64,000 nucleotides of DNA from Octopus sinensis (taxonomy: Eukaryota), in contig NC_043012.1 in assembly GCF_006345805.1 (NCBI RefSeq), positions 51,708,001 to 51,772,000 on the forward strand, in the 5' to 3' direction. Positions 1 through 12,784 of the stretch are shown one piece after another. The translations under genes were made by a program, and so were the position numbers. Each line of letters starts with the position of its first letter. Positions within the stretch are counted from its first letter, which is position 1. Under the pieces are notes generated by a model that was not told where the DNA came from, searched no databases, and saw nothing but the letters and a program-made list of their open reading frames with translations.

Positions 1-209
1 GTGTTGTCCCCCCAACATCGCTTGACAACCGATGCTGGTGTGTTTACGTCCCCTTAACTTAGCGGTTCGGCAAAAAGAGACCGATAAAATAAGTATGAGG
101 CTTACAAAGAATAAGTCCTGGTGTTGATTTGATCGACTAAAGGCGGTGCTCCAGCATGGCCACAGTCACATGACCTAAACACGTAAAAGAGTAAAGAGTA
201 AAGAGTAAA
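1..209 (+). mobile_element. SINE 3' half (abundant family with internal microsatellite, ends in (GAGTAAA)n)
   Basis: Matches the 3' halves of copies at 19964-20750, 28862-29250 and 63459-63750 (CATCGCTTGACAACCGATGCTGGTGTG...GGCGGTGCTCCAGCATGGCC...GTAAAAGAGTAAAGAG). Confidence 0.85.
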
Positions 210-639
210 GATCATTTTTTTGTGCCCACTGCTCTGAATCGTTTTGGGGTTAATATAATAATGTTTGCTGTTGGTACTTATTTCTGTCTTAACTTGATAT
301 ACTCTCCATCCAAATATGCAACCATGTACCTTTGTTAGTAATCAGTATATATTTAGTCAATACAAGACAAATTATAATTACAATGTGTTATTTTTCTGCT
401 ATACTTTCATCACAATATATCAACTGTATCCGGAATATAATGCGCATGAACATTATCATTATCATTAACAGAAGAAAACATTTCTTTCAAAGGAATTAAA
501 TTATTTATCGCTTTTCATAAATCTAAACAATATATGTTTATTAATGAGTAAAAAAGAAAATTAAAACTGATACGTCATTATTGTTTCGTGAATTAAATAA
601 ATAGTTTCATTTTCTTGTTATTTTTTTCCTATTTTGTAG

Positions 640-724
640 ATCGAGCAGGTTGAAAAACGAAGGAAAATATGAATATTTACGGAATTCCTTCACGATTTGT
701 AATATTGAAAGACCGAATGGATAG
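640..724 (+). CDS. Possible terminal coding exon of an unidentified host gene
   Basis: Strong acceptor tttttttcctattttgtAG at 639; frame reads ..SSRLKNEGKYEYLRNSFTICNIERPNG*; AATAAA just downstream. No homology recognised. Confidence 0.25.
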
Positions 725-1071
725 ATAAATAAATAAACCAAAACAATTATTTTTTTAATTATGAGTATATATGTTTTCTGTTATCTATGAACAATTCTGC
801 AGTGAATGTTAGCGGTTGGAGCTCTGGCGATTTGATATCATTGATGTGTCTCTGGGTTCACAATTTCAACGCCGAAAGAGAAATATATACTTTAAGAAAA
901 TGACAAGAATCGATCAAAATTTTGCAATTATCAGATGTTTGATATTCTTTCCTCTGACAATTAACTGACTGCAAATCTCTTATTTCAAAACTTATATCTC
1001 TATAACTAATAGGGAACTGCACAAGATTAATGTAATATAATATTTATTTTAAAATATATAGAAATATATAC

Positions 1072-1264
1072 GTGGTATTTTAAAATTGTATTAAAATAAT
1101 TATTGAAATTTATTTCTGTTTTACAAAATGATATCGTATCAAAGTATTCAAAACATGAATTTGTAGAAAGGACGTATGTTACAAGGCGTGTAGGGGTCAT
1201 TAAGTCAAATGATTTCATTAAATGGTTGAGAACCCTAACATTAATTTCACGGTTTTGCAAACAT
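1072..1264 (-). CDS. Candidate internal exon, unidentified host gene
   Basis: Acceptor tgtattacttctctAG, donor CAC|GTATAT, 193 nt open (CLQNREINVRVLNHLMKSFDLMTPTRLVTYVLSTNSCFEYFDTISFCKTEINFNNYFNTILKYH); non-repetitive composition. Confidence 0.35.
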
Positions 1265-1369
1265 CTAGAGAAGTAATACACATATGTTAGATAGCAAGCA
1301 GAAAAGAAAATAAATTACCAGAACTCAAGGCTGAAAAGTATATATATATATACATATATATATACACAC

Positions 1370-1400
<31 letters not shown>

Positions 1401-1409
1401 ATATAATAT

Positions 1410-1600
1410 ATATACGTATCCATATACGTGAATATCAACAAGTGAAACTAATTAGTACGTAGGTAATCGTTTTTTATTTCGTATATTTTCATTTGTCTTG
1501 CTTATTTTTACACTTTGTTTTTTTGCTGGAAAATGACGATTTTGACGTCTATTTCTACCATACAGGCTGTCCACTATTAGTGGTCATTCCTCTAAATTAT
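1410..1600 (+). mobile_element. Short cassette between (TA)n tracts with degenerate hammerhead-like motif (Penelope-tail-like)
   Basis: 1425-1461 TACG-TGAATA..GAAA-CTAATTAG-TA-CGTA: stem I TACG/CGTA, palindromic stem III, GUA site; core lacks one base and stem II is decayed. Confidence 0.4.
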
Positions 1601-1624
1601 GTATGTATATATATATATATATCT

Positions 1625-2212
1625 GTTTGTCCACCAAACAGCTGCTTTCCCAACGGTCTTTCGATTGCTAGTGGTGTAGGTCTCTGTCATTCCAAAAAGG
1701 TTCAGTTAAACTACATATTTCGTACATTGAGCCCCAGTTCGACTAGCCCTCTGAGGTCTCCACATTATAGCATTTCTTCACTTATAAATGTTGAAGATTA
1801 GCAACAACAAATCTATCAATTTCATAAATGTAGCAGTCAGAGGATTATATCAGCGCAACCTAGTCGTCCAGATCCCAACATTATATAATAAAAAAAATAA
1901 AATGATAATAGGCATAATTAAATCTCAGAATGAGATTGAAACAGAAATGGCTTCTATACTTACACAATGATAATAATTGTATAAGTAAACTGACCGCTAA
2001 AATTTTGTAAGAATATCGAAATATTGTTTGGTTTGTTGTGTTGTAAACATTGTTGAATCTCTAAATTATCTGGCAACCTTATTATAAGGCTCCCAAATAA
2101 TCGGCATGTTGCCGGATATTTTAGATTTCAAGCTAGCAATAAGTGCTGCTCCCACCAAGTTGAAGGAATATACTATTTAGTTTACTCTAATATAACCATA
2201 GACTTTCCAACG
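1625..2212 (-). mobile_element. Degenerate Penelope-like (GIY-YIG) 3' fragment
   Basis: Minus strand reads YVGKS.. immediately after (TA)n, later FDILTK..RSVYL..IEAI, with stops; bounded by (TA)n on both sides. Confidence 0.4.
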
Positions 2213-2250
<38 letters not shown>

Positions 2251-4765
2251 ATATATATATACACGTGTCGTTATTCTACAAATTATATACTTTTTTATTA
2301 TTTTATTTGCAATTTACTTAATCATTGACTTTTTATTTTTATTTTAATTTTAATATTTCTATTATATGTAATTTTCTCGATGGTGTAATTTAATTGTTCA
2401 TTTTGAGTTGATAAAAGGTGTTGTTTTTCTAATTTATATATGTATGTATGTATGTACATATGTATATACGTATGCATGTACTTTTTTCATCATTATATTC
2501 ATCGACGTATGTTTATGAATAAATTCACATATCTCTATAGATACATGTGATTATACTGACATGTAACCTAAGACGGTTATTCCAAAAATCGTAGGATTAG
2601 CATTTCGACGGCTATGCATCAGACTGAAGTAAGTTGGTATATAAGTTGATATGTGTTGATTTCCGAACAGAATATCTACAGCCAAATGCCTAAACCATGT
2701 CGATATCTACCATATATAATTTAACTCCCGACAAGTCGTTATCTTAAAGTTACAAATTATTCTTGATTTTTACATGAATATGATGTTTAATTGAGTTTTA
2801 GGTCACATGTTATGATGATTAATAGAGATCATACATCGTAGATGTGCAGATTTTATGGCATATAATTAATTTGCGAAAAGAGGAATTATAACCAAATGCA
2901 AAATTAAATATATTACCATGCATATGTAATAGTTAGTACATTTCATTTGCTCACTGGTGTCTGAAAGTTTATATCCATGATCGTTTTAACCAAAACAACA
3001 GAACGAGTTAGTTTGATGGACACTTAACATTCACAGTTACAGGATATGCGGAGAAATTGAGTAATGGAAGTTACTTTTGTGCTTTCATTGTTTGTCGAAG
3101 TTTATATGATAACCTTTAGAGAATCTAGGTTACAAAGGAAAGAAAATAGGGATATAAATATATTGATTATATTTCAGATGATTAGTACTCTGTGTCCTAA
3201 GGGCGTTATTTTTTCTTTTAAATTTCACATTAAAATAAAAACTGTTTATGTAAATGACTTGAACACATTATAGCACATTCCTGGACGTCTTGACGCACTA
3301 GATGTTCTACATGAAAATGTTTTCCACTCTTTATCATTAAATTTTTTAATGCTTAGAATAATAAGACAATTATGTTGATTGTTTCATTTTCGCATATTTT
3401 CGAAATATACCAATTTACTTATATTTTTCAAAGGATTTCTTATCATAACCTACTCGTCGAAAATTTACATTTCTGACATCAGCATCAATCACATATTTTG
3501 ATTTATTTTTCTTAAATCTCACTTAGATAAGAAAAAAATTCATTTAAGAGAGCAGAGCATGAGAAAAGGGAATTGGTCACGTGGGTAAACACAAGGAAGT
3601 AGCTGCATTATTTAAATGTTTTGACTCTGCTCCTTATGTTTAAAATGGGGGAACAACGTCAGTTAAATAATGATTCATTAAAAGAAAACACTGTTATTCA
3701 TAAAATAGTGTAACAGATATGTATTCCTAATATATTGTTTAAATTGCTGTAGTTATTTTGCTGTATGTCAGTGCAGATTTTAGATGTTTATGAACACAGG
3801 CAGCCCAGCCGTGACGTTCATGTAATTTTGATATCATGGAATATATGGTCGCTATCCCACTTTTTTAAAGAGAACAGGTTGTGCTTGAAACGAAATTTGG
3901 TTGCTGTGTCTAGCAGTTCTAGAGTCCATTGATTTGCTTATGTATGAATATAATATTTATAAGTTCTTTCTTCATACATGTATATTTTACTATTTTTGGC
4001 AACTCACATCGAAGAAATTTCGTTACCTTGACAAAAATCTAATATTAACTCTTGGTTAACTGTTCCCTAACTCAATTATGTCTAAAATAGAGAATGTTAG
4101 TAAACTCCCGTTCTAAATCACCAATTATTTTCATTTGAGAAAAGTAAACAATGATAAATGCTGCCCATTATTATGCTTTCATTGGCTTAAAAGAATGAGA
4201 AAGATCACTTTCGAATATAAATAATAATAGTTAGACAACAAAATATTGCGGTCAGAGCACGGATACCAATATATAAATGTCGTTCCTCACTGTGCTAAGG
4301 CACAGCTTATAATAAAGTAAGTGAAAACAGAAAGAGAAAAAGAAAATAGATAAATAAATGGGTTCACAAAAATACCAAACTTGTAAAATGACTGCTGATG
4401 CAGCTTTACTTTCAGAACTCTGTTCTATAAATCTTTCTCTGAAATAGCGTAACATTTGATCGTAACTTTGAAGAAACTATCAGTCGTATAAAACTAGCTC
4501 CTCGGGCAGGTTTATGCACATTATTCTACTTCATAAGCATATCTTACATTGCATCCGACCTATCGTATTCTACAGCCTAAAAATTCACATCACTTACACC
4601 GGCACTTCAGAATATATACAAGGAAATGCATACAATAGCTTAATTTGACTAAGCATTTTTGTTACGATAATAAAATAAAGGAAATTTTGATATAAGTAAC
4701 AGTGTATATAGCACAAAACGATGTCAACATGGGCAAGTAGACACCTGTGTGTGTAAGTATATATA

Positions 4766-5667
4766 TTAGGTCATCGCATAAAAAACCGGGTTTTTTAATA
4801 CTTTTATTTTCAAAATTAAGGTAAATAAGGTTCTTTTTTAATATGAACTATATTCTCATTCATTTTTTACAATAAGCTTCCATCTATCTCGTAGACTTGC
4901 AAGGCTCCTCTTCCAAAAGTGTATTGTCCGTTACGAAAAATACTTTTCCTGCACTGTTCTGACCTCGTCTCTAGAATTCATATTCCGACCTCGTCTCTAG
5001 AATTCATATTCTGACCTCGCCTCTAGAATTCATATCCATCCAAATAATTTTGAAGCCTGTGTAAAAAATGATAATCAGATGGGGCAATGTCCGTCGAGTA
5101 TGGTGGGTGGAGCATGGTTTCCTGTTCAAAATGGTCCAGCTTTTGGAAATTCATCCTCGCTGTATGTGGCTGAGCATCATCCTGAGGGAAGAATACCTTC
5201 CGTCTAGAAACCAAAGATGGTCGTTCGCTGACTTGAATGACTGGATGAATTACCAAATCCAAGCTACACTGCTAGTTCCTCAACAGTAACGAGCTCAACA
5301 GATCTTCCAGGAAGGAACTCGTCTTCTAAGTTATGTATCCGGCTCGGAATTTCTGGAAACACTGTCGACATAGTTTTACGCTTATTGTCCGATTACCATA
5401 TACTTCATTAATATTTCTCGCACATTCCATTCCGTAGTTGCCTTTATTGAATTCATAGAGCAAAATATGCCGAATATGCACCTTTGTCACTTCGATTATA
5501 GCTTTAAAAAATTAACTTTTAATATAGAACTTCACTCTTTAAAACTTGCATAAAGAATAAGGACAAGGTAAAATTACTACCTGCATTTATAGCAAGTTTT
5601 AGGTAGTTTACCCTGTCCCTCTACGACTTCTAATTCATGCAATCGAAAAAGCGCATTATTTATGACC

Positions 5668-5670
<3 letters not shown>
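4766..5670 (-). mobile_element. Internally deleted mariner (Tc1/mariner) DNA transposon
   Basis: Imperfect TIRs (TTAGGTCATCGCATAAAAAACCGGGTTTTT / rc TGGGGTCATAAATAATGCGCTTTTT) flanked by TA; N-terminal HTH (KVHIRHILLYEFNKG..CARNINEVYG) joined to C-terminal QDDAQPHTAR..HPPYSTDIAPSDYHF. Confidence 0.9.
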
Positions 5671-5705
<35 letters not shown>

Positions 5706-5707
<2 letters not shown>

Positions 5708-6975
5708 GTGTTACTGCTGCTTGACCAGTTTGGAGAGTCTCTTATTTAAACTCTTGTGGAAGGGATGCGTTCCAGTGGTCAGGTGGTCAGTCGGTTGCCA
5801 ACATCCTCTGGGTGGTGGATTAGGTATGCCGTGGCTCCTAATGCGCAGGCACGCGCTTAGGTTACGCCATCTGCAACGATTTCGGGACGGTGTGTATGGC
5901 CTCGGTTTGGGAGGCTAGTCTTTCCGCAGCCCGTCTCCTTGACGGAGCTGCAGTCCTGTGTGAAGAAAAGAGGGCGGCTGGACGTCTAGCACCTAGAATG
6001 TGATCAGGTGCACACAATCTTCTACCACTCAGGCGATGAGATCGGTGGATGTTCCGCTTTAGAAATTTATAGAGGATTAGTGGCGGGTAAGTACGACGAC
6101 GTCCTCGCGGAGATTCTCGGCCCCGACGAGAACGAACTGGCTAGTCTGTTCCGGAGGACTTTCCGGTCGGGAACTATCATGGATAATTTCCAGATATCCT
6201 TGTCCATGCAGTACTAACGGGGAGCGCTACCGTTTCTAGATAAACTCTACAGACATGGATGTTCTTTCAGACAGACCTGTCCGAGGTGCGCACAGAGTGA
6301 CGAAACCGTTCTGTACGCCATCGTGCAGTGTCCGGCCATTGCTAACTTGTGGGGTTATGTCAGACAGCTGCTGTCACGTGTGTGACGGATCTAACAGACC
6401 CTCCTTCTTTCGAACAGGCAAGACAGCTTTCCTTTGTCTGGTGGCTGTAGCAACGGAGGTTGTTTGGTGGACAAGGCTGAAAGGCAATAGGGCAGATACA
6501 TTCCTCTTTGGTACAGCTCTCATTGACCTTTTCAAGTTTCACTTGGAAAGGAAATTTAGAGCGGAGAGGAAAATGTTGTCCTCGAGTGAATTTATTGAAA
6601 GGTTGGTGAAAGTTGCGAAAATGGCAAGAGTAACTCTCCATGTGTAGACCTGTGAGTCGGCGAGAAGGAATTGGAGAGGACACTTGTTCCTAGGGTTTCG
6701 GGAAAATCTCGGACAGTGTGGTTCTTCGATTATCACTTGAGGCGTTCCTGTATCAGGAATGTCACTTCTCTATGATCCCCACCGCCTTTTTTTAACCTTT
6801 GTTTGCTATGCCGATGACCCTTCTTTTCCATTGTATACCATGTATACTTTAGTTTTTAATTTTGTTTTATTTTCATTATCATTTCATTATTATATGTAAA
6901 ACCCACACTTTATGTCTGTCTCGGTATTGTCTCCTTCATCTTTCACCCTCAAAACAAATCAATGAAACCATTATC
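5706..6975 (+). mobile_element. 5'-truncated Tx1/L1-clade LINE (ORF2 C-terminus and 3' UTR), decayed
   Basis: LLFKLLWKG..CQHPLGGGLGMP (post-RT GGLG motif) and RGALPFLDKLYRHG..TCPRCAQSDETVLYAIVQCP (zf-RVT-like knuckle, H to Y); stops and frameshifts. Confidence 0.8.
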
Positions 6976-7042
6976 AATATCATCATCATCATCATCGTTA
7001 TCATCATGATTATTATTATTATTATTATCATTATTATTATTA

Positions 7043-7086
<44 letters not shown>
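6976..7086. repeat. (ATC)n/(ATT)n microsatellite; 3' target flank of the R4/Dong element
   Basis: Direct reading. Confidence 0.95.
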
Positions 7087-7089
<3 letters not shown>

Positions 7090-7183
7090 TAGTTTTATTT
7101 TTATAGTGTGCTTTCACTTCACTACCGAGCGCAGCTCTGTGTGCCTTGGGTATGTGCTGTGATTTGTTGTGATGCTCTGATGG

Positions 7184-10100
7184 TTATTGTATGGAAAGTG
7201 TTCTGCGTAGGATGTGTGCAGTGCCTAGTAGTGCAATTTTCTGTATGTTATATGTGTTTGTAAGTCCTGGTGTTTTTGTTATGTATTTGTCTGAATATTT
7301 TTTTATCATGCCTAATGCACCTACTATGATAGGAATTGTTTCTGTTTTCAGGTTCCACATTCTAGTTACCTCTATTTCCAGGTCTTTGTATTTTGAGAGT
7401 TTCTCCATTTCTTTTAGAGACACGTTGTCATCTGCCGGTATTGATACATCAATTAGAAAGCATTTTTTTTCTTCATGATCTCTGACAACTATATCTGGTC
7501 TGTTGGCCTTAATTTCTCTATCTGTGTGTATCGGCATATCCCAGAGTATGGTTGCTTTCTCGTTTTCTGTGACCTTTTCTGGTGTGTGCCTATACCATGT
7601 TTTTTTCTGTTGTTATTCCATAAAGAAGGCATAGCTTCCAATGTATGTGGGTTCCAACTCTGTCATGTCTGTGAATATATTCCATCTTAGCCAGGACTGG
7701 GCAGCTAGAGATAATATGATTTATTGTTTCTTGTCCATCTCCACATATTCTGCAGTTACTTGTAATATTTCTTTTCATTACATGTTTTTGGTAATTTCTG
7801 GTGGGGAGGCTTTGGTCTTGTGCTGCAATTAAGAATCCCTCTGTTTCTGCTTTGAGTCCTGAGCTTCTCAACCATTGCTGGGATTTTTCTTTGTCTATTT
7901 CTTTTGCGTTTAGTTTAGTGCAGGATTTACCATGAAGGGGTTTTTCTTGCCATCGTTTTATCATGGCTCGTTGCTGTTCTATTTTTAGTTTGGATTTCAT
8001 TTGTTTTATAGCTTTTGTTGTTTCTTCATCATCTTCTTCTTCTTCTTTGTGTTTATTAGGTGGTATGATTTCTTGTTTGTATTTGTCAGCTTCCTTAAAT
8101 ACTGAGAACAGTTTTTTGTTTTGCTCGTGTTTTGCTGCTATCTGGATCAGTTTCCTTCCTTCTGAAGTAGGTATTTTTGCAGTCCTATGGTGGTTATTTT
8201 ATAGTAGTTTTCCAGCTGTATAAGGCCTCTACCACCTTCTATAAGTTGTATATATAGTCTTTCTATGTCAGATTTTGGGTGATGCATCCTAGATCCTGTC
8301 AGTATTTTTCTTGTTTTCCTATCTATTTTGGACAGTTCATTTCGTGTCCAGTTAAGGATATTGTAGCTGTAACTTATAACTGGGACAGCTAAAGTGTTGA
8401 TACCTATTATCTTGTTTTTAGCATTGAGCTCTGTTTTTAGTATTGATCTAACTCGTCTATAATATTCTTTTTTTATTTTCTCTTTCATTTGTGTGTGTTG
8501 TGTGTTATCTAGTTCATGGATTCCTAAGTATTTGTAAGTTTGGCTTTGGTCTAATTCTTTTATTTCATTGGTTTTATCTAGTGTGATGTTGTTACTCTTA
8601 ACTAGTTTTCCTCTTTTCATGGTTACTTTGGCGCATTTTTCTAATCCAAATTTCATATCTATTCTTTGGTAAATCCATGAACTGTCTTTAATAGTGTTTC
8701 CAGCTGTTTGTCATTTGCAGCGTATAGTTTTAGGTCATCCATATATAAAAGGTGGCTGATCGTTTTGCCGTAACATTTATATCCGCATCCAGTTCTATTT
8801 AGCATATCAGATAGAGGTGACAGTGCCAAGCAGAAAAGGAGTGGAGAGAGCGTGTCTCCCTGGAATATTCCACTTCTAATGGGGATGTCTTTGGTTTTCA
8901 TGAGTCCCTCTTTTGTTTGGAGGTGTAGGACTGTTTGCCATTTATTCATAGAGTGCTCTATGAATTTTATGATTGTTGGTGCTACTTTGTTAATGGCTAG
9001 TGTTTCGAGGATCCATGTGTGGGGAATGCTATCAAACGCCTTTTTGTAGTCAATCCAGGCCATACTGAGGCCTTTCTTCTTTCTGTGCCTGTCTTCAGTT
9101 ACGGCTTCATTAATCATTAGTTGATCTTTACAGCCATATGAGCCTTTGCGGCATCCTTTCTGCTCTTCTGGGAACAGTTTGTTTTCGTCCAGGTGCTTGT
9201 TCAGCCTTTGCGATATCACTGCAGTAAATGCCTTGAACATAGTAGGGAGGCAGGTTATTGGTCTGTAGTTTTCTGGTTTTGTTGTTTCATTTGATTTGGG
9301 AATTAAGATGGTTTTCCCCTTCGTGAGCCATTCAGGCATTGTCTCTGGCTCTGCTAGTATGCTGTTAAAGTTTTCAGCCAGCTTTTTGTGCATTCCTGTT
9401 AGATATTTCAACCAGAAGTTGGGGATCTTCTCATGCCCAGGTGCCTTCCAGTTGCTTAGTTTTTGCAGTGCCTGGGTGACCTCTTCAGTTGTTATGGGGG
9501 TCCAAAGTTGTTCAGATGCCGAGTTTGTTATTTTCATACTCCTTTTTTTGGCTGTTCGTTCGCCGACCATATTTCTTTCCAGAATTCTTCCAATTCTTCT
9601 GCCGTTGGTGCTGCAGTGACTTCTATTTTATTTTTGCCCAGTTCTTGGTAGAACTTTTTGGGGTCGGAGTAGAACTTTTTGTTCTGTTCAAAGAAGCGTT
9701 GGCGTTTCTCGTACCGGCGGATCCTTTGAGCTTTGGCAAGGATATCTTGCTTCAGCTTTTCTTTTATCGCCGGCAAATCTTTTTCTGTGATGTTATATTT
9801 GCGGAGCATTTTTGTTCTCTTTTTGTTGCTCAGTAGCGTTGCTTGTTTGCTGATTTCATTAAGAATCGACAGGTCTTTTCTAATTTTTTTATTTTGTTTT
9901 GGATGTTATTTATCCACAGGGTTTGTTTGGGTGGTGGTACTCCTGTTTGGGCGGGTTTGGGTGAGTATCCAGCTTCTTTTGTGGCTGCAGTGGCTGCTGC
10001 GTATATCAAGTCATTTAGTTCAGTGATATCACTTTTTTTTGTTTCAGTGGCTAGTTCAGTGACGGCTAGGTTTATGTTGTTTATAATAGGTGTTGTTATT

Positions 10101-10825
10101 GCGTTTATTTTTATTCTTGGGAGGTATGGTCGGTGGTCCATTTTGAGCTCTGTGGTTTTTAGTTCTTTGATTATTTTATTTTTTATATTATCATAATCAT
10201 TAGGCTCCCCTTCGTTGTTTACATCGTGTTTGTTGGGAATGTTGCGTTTGTCTTCGTGTTTTACAGTTTCAATGTTTATATTATTGGGCATTGTTGTGTG
10301 GCTTCTATCTACATTTTCTTGGTGTATTTTTTCTTTTAAATGTTCTATTTCTATTTCTGATATTTTTTTGGCTTTGAGAATGTATCTTCGTACGTTAGCT
10401 AATTTATTAGGGTTCATTGCTGTATCCAAGTCTATATCTCTATTATTTTCCTTCCATATTTTATATGTATGTGTTGTTATATTTTCATTTTGTGGGTAGA
10501 GCATTGCTGTGAAGTATGCGTGTAAGATAGAAATGTATTCCTCACGTGTCCATTTGCGTCTTTTGGGTTTTAATTGCGGGACATGAGGTACAACGTCCGG
10601 CCCATTATTTTGACGGTCGTCATTTTCGTAGGGTACCGGTCCTTTTATTTCTGTTGTCACATTATTTCGCACGTGTAGTTTTTCGTACATTTTTTGTTGT
10701 AGGTTTAATGTACGTACCGCTCGATTGTTATTCTTGGGTTGAATAGTATCGGTGGCATTTAATTTCTTCGTAGTTCCTTTGTACATGGTGTTTGAGGTCG
10801 GGGATGATCGTGTTGTTCCACGCAT
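7184..10825 (-). pseudogene. R4/Dong ORF (RT + zinc knuckle + restriction-like endonuclease), split by about 5 frameshifts
   Basis: Consecutive ORFs 9830-10825, 9534-9809, 8659-9570, 8147-8656, 7590-8000 and 7184-7537 join into one protein. Confidence 0.88.
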
Positions 10826-11027
10826 GTTTACATGTGTTGTGTTAGAGGTGGAGATAATATCGAGTCAAAATACATCATTTCGTTTCGAAAATAGTAATAA
10901 ATTTCAATTCGTATTACTTACTCGGATATAGTCCAATTCTTTGTTAGTAAATCTTTGGCTCCATAGGGTGTCCTTGTTTTCGATGTTTGTGGATAGATTT
11001 CGGAGCTCTGTATTTTCCTTCTTACAT

Positions 11028-11620
11028 CTTAAACGTCCCCGGTGTCTTCTGTTAAACGTCCCCGGTGTCTTCCTCTTAAACGTCCCCGGTGTCTTCCTCT
11101 TAAACGTCCCCGGTGTCCTCTTCTCTTAAACGTCCCCGGTGTCCTCTTCTCTTAAACGTCCCCGGTGTCCTCTTCTCTTAAACGTCCCCGGTGTCCTCTT
11201 CTCTTAAACGTCCCCGGTGTCCTCTTCTCTTAAACGTCCCCGGTGTCCTATTCTCTTAAACGTCCCCGGTGTTTCTTCTCTTAAACGTCCCCGGTGTTCT
11301 CTTCTCTTAAACGTCCCCGGTGTCCTCTTCTGTTAACGTCCCCGGTGTCCCTTCTCTTAAACGTCCCCGGTGTACCTTCTCTTAACGTCCCCGGTGTCCC
11401 TTCTCTTAAACGTCCCCGGTGTCCCTTCTCTTAAACGTCCCCGGTGTCCCTTCTCTTAAACGTCCCCGGTGTCCCTTCTCTTAAACGTCCCCGGTGTCCC
11501 TTCTCTTAAACGTCCCCGGTGTCCCTTCTCTTAAACGTCCCCGGTGTCCTTCTCTTAAACGTCCCCGGTGTCCCTTCTCTTAAACGTCCCCGGTGTCCCT
11601 TCTCTTAAACGTCCCCGGTG

Positions 11621-11622
<2 letters not shown>
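11028..11622 (-). repeat. 24-unit tandem array (25-26 bp; sense unit GACACCGGGGACGTTTAAGAGAAGG) forming the 5' end of the R4/Dong element
   Basis: Counted 24 occurrences of the ACGTCCCCGGTG core; the array ends exactly at the (ATT)n junction. Confidence 0.95.
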
Positions 11623-11654
<32 letters not shown>

Positions 11655-11702
11655 CATCATCATCATTATTAGTAGTAGTAGTAGTAGCGGCAGCAGTAGT
11701 AA
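11623..11702. repeat. (ATT)n/(ATC)n/(AGT)n microsatellite; 5' flank of the R4/Dong element
   Basis: Direct reading. Confidence 0.95.
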
Positions 11703-11870
11703 TAGCATATACACACATATATGTGTGTATATATGCATGTATGTATATGAACGTATATAAATAAATACATTTATATGCATGTATATATATATGCTTACAC
11801 AAATATACATATATATATACATACATATATATATTTATATATACATACATACACATAATATATACATATA

Positions 11871-11920
<50 letters not shown>

Positions 11921-12509
11921 TATATATATATATATATACTCACACATGTATACATGTATATACTAATGATCTGGTGTATGCTAATGAAGGTCACACGATA
12001 AACATTTAAATCCTTTGTCTTATCTTATATATTATTTATATATATGTGTTTGTGTGTGGGTGAAGGCATGAATCTGTTTTTTGCATGTGTGTGTGTGTGT
12101 GTGTTTCTACGAAAATGTACATACACATCAGATCTATCTATATACAAGTATTCTTGTGTGTTTATATGTTTGGATATGTTCAAGGAATAGAAATTACTCA
12201 ATACATGGTATGAAGCATATTTATTCATTTGGAGCTAATGTTTTACTTCCTTGTAGGTTAAAGTTTCTCGCTTCGTGCGATCTTTCAGGCAATATAGATT
12301 GAAGTTATGTGTGGTATTTACAGTTCTTGAACACTCACATTGCATTCTGCAAATGAGTGAATACGAGCTATCGATTATATTCCACTCTATCGTCCATTTG
12401 GCCAACAGCAGGCCTGGTTTTTCTAAAAGTACCGTATTAATCAATAGAAAGCAACAAATCACATGATATAACACTAAATGTCTGTTCTTGTGTACACTCT
12501 ACGAAATAC

Positions 12510-12784
12510 GTTGAGGAAGTTTAAGATAAAGGTCAGTTCAACGAAATTCCTTTCATTACTATAAAAACTGTACATCATTTCAGTTTTGTCATGTATTGTA
12601 TCACTTGCTTCAAATATTACCAGATAGCATGTATGTTTGATATTAAATATTTGAATAAGTAATGTCATGAATGTTCCGTTGCATAACACTAGACCGGCTC
12701 TTAGATCGTTCGTTTCTTGAGATATCCATTGAAAATAACTCAAGCGATGCAGGTCGTATTCTATCAAATATATAGATTCAATCT
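12510..12784 (-). CDS. Candidate internal exon, unidentified host gene
   Basis: Acceptor gtttcgttctccatAG, donor AAC|GTATTT, 275 nt open (IESIYLIEYDLHRLSYFQWISQETNDLRAGLVLCNGTFMTLLIQIFNIKHTCYLVIFEASD...). Confidence 0.35.

Larger units (their letters stand above)
7087..11622 (-). mobile_element. Near full-length RLE-type non-LTR retrotransposon, R4/Dong clade
   Basis: Single-ORF layout with RT (YRPITCLP, WIDYKKAFDS, GIFQGDTLSPLLF, LLYMDDLKL), CCHC knuckle (CRICGDGQETINHIISSC) and PD-(D/E)xK endonuclease (RPDIVV..LIDVSIP..EKLSKYKDL); both ends abut (AAT)n-type repeats. Confidence 0.93.

Noticed and set aside
1790-1970. Mitochondrial-code (TGA=Trp) ORF / NUMT on the minus strand
   Set aside because: TAA stops remain and no mitochondrial protein motif is seen; better explained as a decayed Penelope fragment.
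7191-10746. Plus-strand ORFs overlapping the R4 element
   Set aside because: Antisense shadows of the minus-strand RT ORF; no recognisable domains.
11028-11622. CRISPR-like array
   Set aside because: Units are contiguous with 5-9 nt near-identical linkers, no unique spacers, no cas genes, eukaryotic context.
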